Of a DNA stretch of 48,031 nucleotides, positions 44,645 to 48,031 are shown one piece after another (the stretch's first letter is position 1; each line of letters starts with the position of its first letter). The notes under the pieces are model-generated. The model was not told the DNA's origin and did no database searches. It saw only the letters and a list, made by a program, of their open reading frames with translations. Made by a program: the position numbers and the translations under genes. Source of the stretch: Chitinophagaceae bacterium (GTDB taxonomy: Bacteria > Bacteroidota > Bacteroidia > Chitinophagales > Chitinophagaceae); contig DASUDW010000142.1 in NCBI GenBank assembly GCA_036275415.1, forward strand, positions 1 through 48,031, given 5' to 3'.

Positions 44645-46561
44645 ATGTTTAATAACATTATTAAAAAACAACTAAACGCTGATGCACAGGAGTCTGCCGG
44701 CGCCGAACAGGCCGAGGCAACTACAGCGACAACAACTGCACCTGTGGAAGCAGTAGCTACTGCTCATGATGATTTTGACTGGAGTGTTGACAGGCGCAAT
44801 GTGATCTCTTATTCTGCTGAAGAAAGAGAAAAGTATCACCAGGTGTATGATAACACTTTTGTACAACTGAACGATGGCGAACTGATCAAAGGCCTTGTAG
44901 TAGGTTTGACCAAAACCGACGTGGTTCTGAACATTGGTTTCAAGAGTGATGGTTTGATTTCATTGAATGAATTCCGTGACATTCCTGCCCTGGCTGTTGG
45001 TGATGAAGTGGAAGTAATGGTAGTAGAGAAAGAAGACAGGGAAGGACACCTGAACCTGAGCCGCCGCCAGGCCCGCATTACCCGTGCATGGGAAAAAATT
45101 GTAGAAGTACACAAAACAGGCGAAGTGATCACCGGTACTGTTACTTCAAAAACAAAAGGTGGATTGATCGTAGATGTGTTTGGAATGGAAACATTCTTAC
45201 CGGGTTCACAAATTGATGTGAAGCCTGTAACCGATTACGATCAGTTTGTAGGAAAAACAATGGAGTTCAAAGTGGTGAAGATCAACGAAACGATTAAGAA
45301 CGCCGTTGTATCTCATAAAGCACTTATCGAAAGCGATATCGAAGCGCAGAGAGCAGAGATCATGAGCAAACTGGAGAAAGGCCAGGTGCTGGAAGGAACA
45401 GTGAAGAACATCACCGACTTTGGCGCCTTTATGGACCTCGGCGGTTTGGATGGTCTGCTCTATATTACAGATATTTCATGGGGCCGTATTTCTCATCCTT
45501 CTGAAGTACTTAAACTGGATCAGAAGATCAATGTGGTGGTACTTGATTTTGATGATGAGAAGAAGCGTATCAGCCTTGGCCTGAAGCAACTGACGCCGCA
45601 TCCATGGGATGTACTGGCAGAGAATATTGTAGAAGGCAATGTGGTAAAAGGAAAAGTGGTAAATATTGAAGACTACGGCGCTTTCCTGGAAATTCAGCCT
45701 GGTGTAGAAGGACTGGTGCATGTATCAGAAATTACCTGGGCCAATACCCCGATCAATGCCAAAGAATTCTTTAAACTGGGTGATGAGTATGAAGCTAAAG
45801 TGGTAACACTGGATAAGGCTAACCGCAAGATGAGCCTGTCTATCAAACAGCTTTCTCCTGATCCCTGGAATGATATTGAAGCCAAATTTGCTGAAGGCAG
45901 CAAGCACAGCGGATTAGTGAAGAACATTACCAATTACGGTGTGTTTGTGGAACTGGCCCCCGGCATCGGCGGTATGATCCACATCAGCGACCTGAGCTGG
46001 CTGAAGCGTTTCAATCACCCCAGTGAGTATACCAAAGTGGGAAGCCACATTGATGTGATCATCCTGGGTATTGATAAAGAAAACCGCAAGCTGCAACTCG
46101 GCCACAAGCAACTGGAAGAAGATCCCTGGAATACCCTGCAGGATACATTTGCCATCGGAACGGTACATGAGGGTACTGTAAGCCGCAGGGATGATAAAGG
46201 CGCTATTGTTCAATTACCTTATGGACTGGAAGGTTTTGCTCCTAACCGTCACCTGAGCAAAGAAGATGGCAAGAGCATTGCTGCAGATGAAACTGCCCAG
46301 TTTATGGTAATTGAGTTTGACCGCAATGAAAAGCGCATTGTTGTTTCTCATACCCGTATCTGGGAACAGGGACAGGTAGAAGCTGCCGAGGCTGCCAAGA
46401 AGGAAGCAAGGGCTGAAGCGGAACATACCCGCAAAGTAGTGAAGAGTGTGCAGAACAAAGTAGAGAAAGCAACCTTGGGTGACCTGGGAGTACTGGCAGA
46501 CCTGAAAAAGAAAATGGACAGTGAGGGTGAAGCTGCTGGTGAAAATACAAAAACTGAATAA
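44645..46561 (+). CDS. rpsA: 30S ribosomal protein S1
   Basis: Repeated S1 domains (FLPGSQID, FGAFMDLGG, ISLGLKQL, EGLVHVSE); start at MFNN. Confidence 0.97.
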   Translation: MFNNIIKKQLNADAQESAGAEQAEATTATTTAPVEAVATAHDDFDWSVDRRNVISYSAEEREKYHQVYDNTFVQLNDGELIKGLVVGLTKTDVVLNIGFKSDGLISLNEFRDIPALAVGDEVEVMVVEKEDREGHLNLSRRQARITRAWEKIVEVHKTGEVITGTVTSKTKGGLIVDVFGMETFLPGSQIDVKPVTDYDQFVGKTMEFKVVKINETIKNAVVSHKALIESDIEAQRAEIMSKLEKGQVLEGTVKNITDFGAFMDLGGLDGLLYITDISWGRISHPSEVLKLDQKINVVVLDFDDEKKRISLGLKQLTPHPWDVLAENIVEGNVVKGKVVNIEDYGAFLEIQPGVEGLVHVSEITWANTPINAKEFFKLGDEYEAKVVTLDKANRKMSLSIKQLSPDPWNDIEAKFAEGSKHSGLVKNITNYGVFVELAPGIGGMIHISDLSWLKRFNHPSEYTKVGSHIDVIILGIDKENRKLQLGHKQLEEDPWNTLQDTFAIGTVHEGTVSRRDDKGAIVQLPYGLEGFAPNRHLSKEDGKSIAADETAQFMVIEFDRNEKRIVVSHTRIWEQGQVEAAEAAKKEARAEAEHTRKVVKSVQNKVEKATLGDLGVLADLKKKMDSEGEAAGENTKTE

Positions 46562-46581
46562 TCTGAAAAGTTTGCAAAATC

Positions 46582-46613
46582 AAAACCCTCTTTTTAATTA
46601 AGAGGGTTTTTTT
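46582..46613 (+). terminator. Intrinsic terminator after rpsA
   Basis: AAAACCCTCTT...AAGAGGGTTTT plus TTT. Confidence 0.85.
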
Positions 46614-46661
46614 ATTGTTTTTACTTGCAATTTCTTATTTTGAAACTAGATTAATTATGTA

Positions 46662-47438
46662 ATGAATGTAATGTCTACTTTTAAAGACAGGTTAAGGAAT
46701 TTTCATCCGGTACGAAAAATTGTTTACTTCCTGGTAGGACTGGGCTCCTATCCGGGCCTGGCGATGGTCAATAAATTAAAGATATCCGGTACTGAACACA
46801 TAAAGAACTTGCCCAAAAGAAATGTATTATTTGTCAGTAACCACCAGACATATTTTGCCGATGTAATCACTTTCCTGCATATTTTTTGTGCCGTTAAATG
46901 GGGCAAATTGAACAGGCTGGGTATTCCCTATTATCTATTAAATCCTTTCACCAGGGTCAACTATGTAGCTGCGGAAGAAACTATGAAAGGAAGTTTTATC
47001 AGCCGGCTTTTTTTATTGGCCGGAGGCCTCACCGTAAAAAGAACCTGGAGAGAAGGCGGCAAAGAAGTTCGAAGGGGCCTCGATCCCTCTGATACAAGAA
47101 AAATAACAAGGGCTTTGGAAAATAACTGGGTAATTACTTTTCCGCAGGGAACTACCAAACCCTTTGCTCCCGGACGAAAAGGTACAGCACTAATCATAAA
47201 ACAAACAAGGCCAATTGTAATTCCCGTTGTGATAAGCGGATTCTGGCGGGCTTTTAATAAAAAGGGGCTGAAGTTTAAAAAGAAAGGTTCTTTATTGTCT
47301 GTTACATTCAAGGAGCCCTTACAAATTAACTACGAAGATTCTGCGGAAAACATAATGGCACAGGTAATGGATGCTATTGAGCAGAGTAAAAAACATATGA
47401 TGATGGGCAAGCACCATTGGCTGACCACGGATAAGTAG
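46662..47438 (+). CDS. Lysophospholipid acyltransferase family protein
   Basis: SNHQTYFAD (HX4D-like), FPQGT, RKGTA, IPVVI. Confidence 0.88.
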   Translation: MNVMSTFKDRLRNFHPVRKIVYFLVGLGSYPGLAMVNKLKISGTEHIKNLPKRNVLFVSNHQTYFADVITFLHIFCAVKWGKLNRLGIPYYLLNPFTRVNYVAAEETMKGSFISRLFLLAGGLTVKRTWREGGKEVRRGLDPSDTRKITRALENNWVITFPQGTTKPFAPGRKGTALIIKQTRPIVIPVVISGFWRAFNKKGLKFKKKGSLLSVTFKEPLQINYEDSAENIMAQVMDAIEQSKKHMMMGKHHWLTTDK

Positions 47439-47442
47439 TAGC

Positions 47443-47484
47443 TAGTCAGGAGTCAATGCTCAATTGTGAAATGTGAATAGTCAA
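47443..47484. repeat. Degenerate heptamer array (6 units) between convergent genes
   Basis: TAGTCAG GAGTCAA TGCTCAA TTGTGAA ATGTGAA TAGTCAA. Confidence 0.55.
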
Positions 47485-47490
47485 GGGTAA

Positions 47491-48012
47491 TTAGTCCTTT
47501 ACAAATAATGCCTTCAGTTCAGTAGCATCATCCGGCTTTAGTTTTCCTCCCAGTATCAATCTCAGTTGTCTTCTTCGAAGGGCGCCATCATATAATTTTT
47601 TTTCTTCCTCCGTTTCTGCAATTACAGGAGGCACAGGTCTTGGTTTTCGGTTGGGGTCCAGTGCAACAAAGGTGTAATAAGCTTCATTGCTTTTATACTT
47701 GTATTGCTGTATAAGGTCTTCACCCCATACTTTCAGGTGTACTTCCATTGAGGAGTTAAAGGCCCTGGTAATTTTAGCTTCTATATGTACCACATTTCCC
47801 AGTTTGATCGGGTTTTCAAAAGAAATATTATCCACCGATGCTGTAACGGCTGGCGCATTACAATGTTTTTGTGTGGCAAGGGCGGCAGCTATGTCCATCC
47901 AGTACATCAGCCTTCCGCCCATCAGGTTGCCGAAGATATTGGTATCATTAGGCAGCACCAATTCTGTCATAATGGTGAGACTGTCGGCGGCTTTACGTGG
48001 TTCCATACTCAT
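47491..48012 (-). CDS. Acyl-CoA thioesterase (hotdog fold, YciA-like)
   Basis: VLPNDTNIFGNLMGG, MD, VTASVD, SSMEV, TFVALD; TATCTTTG promoter on the minus strand at 48021-48028. Confidence 0.92.
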   Translation of the reverse strand: MSMEPRKAADSLTIMTELVLPNDTNIFGNLMGGRLMYWMDIAAALATQKHCNAPAVTASVDNISFENPIKLGNVVHIEAKITRAFNSSMEVHLKVWGEDLIQQYKYKSNEAYYTFVALDPNRKPRPVPPVIAETEEEKKLYDGALRRRQLRLILGGKLKPDDATELKALFVKD

Positions 48013-48031
48013 GATTTGCGCAAAGATAAGC

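Overview
48 kb of chromosomal, mostly housekeeping DNA from a Bacteroidota organism. It is most likely Chitinophagaceae-like, inferred from TAnnTTTG promoters, A-rich translation starts and the protein families present. The window holds rluD/lipB and neighbours, an ECF sigma module, a DEAD-box helicase, a large aromatic amino-acid operon (pheA-aminotransferase-tyrA-orf-DAHP synthase/chorismate mutase-aroB-aroA-aroC-DUF952) and a cell-envelope trio (VanX-like dipeptidase, L,D-transpeptidase, OmpA). It then carries a stand-alone fusA, the S10-spc ribosomal cluster through secY-map, rpsA and lipid acyltransferases. I saw no rRNA, tRNA, CRISPR array, transposase or prophage gene. The best non-obvious signals are: (1) an ECF sigma coupled to an anti-sigma-like/trypsin-protease fusion, with the same GGGTTAC-N15-GTAT motif facing both the sigma operon and a divergent tiny lipoprotein of four DTTxAPAPA repeats; (2) an unannotated 29-codon leader peptide (YWSYYFYYFFF) with antiterminator/terminator that would sense Tyr, Phe and Trp; (3) a ~270-nt structured leader on fusA; (4) dispersed short palindromes and heptamer arrays, one of which appears to have truncated rplX in frame. 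All calls come from reading the sequence by eye; no searches or folding programs were run.
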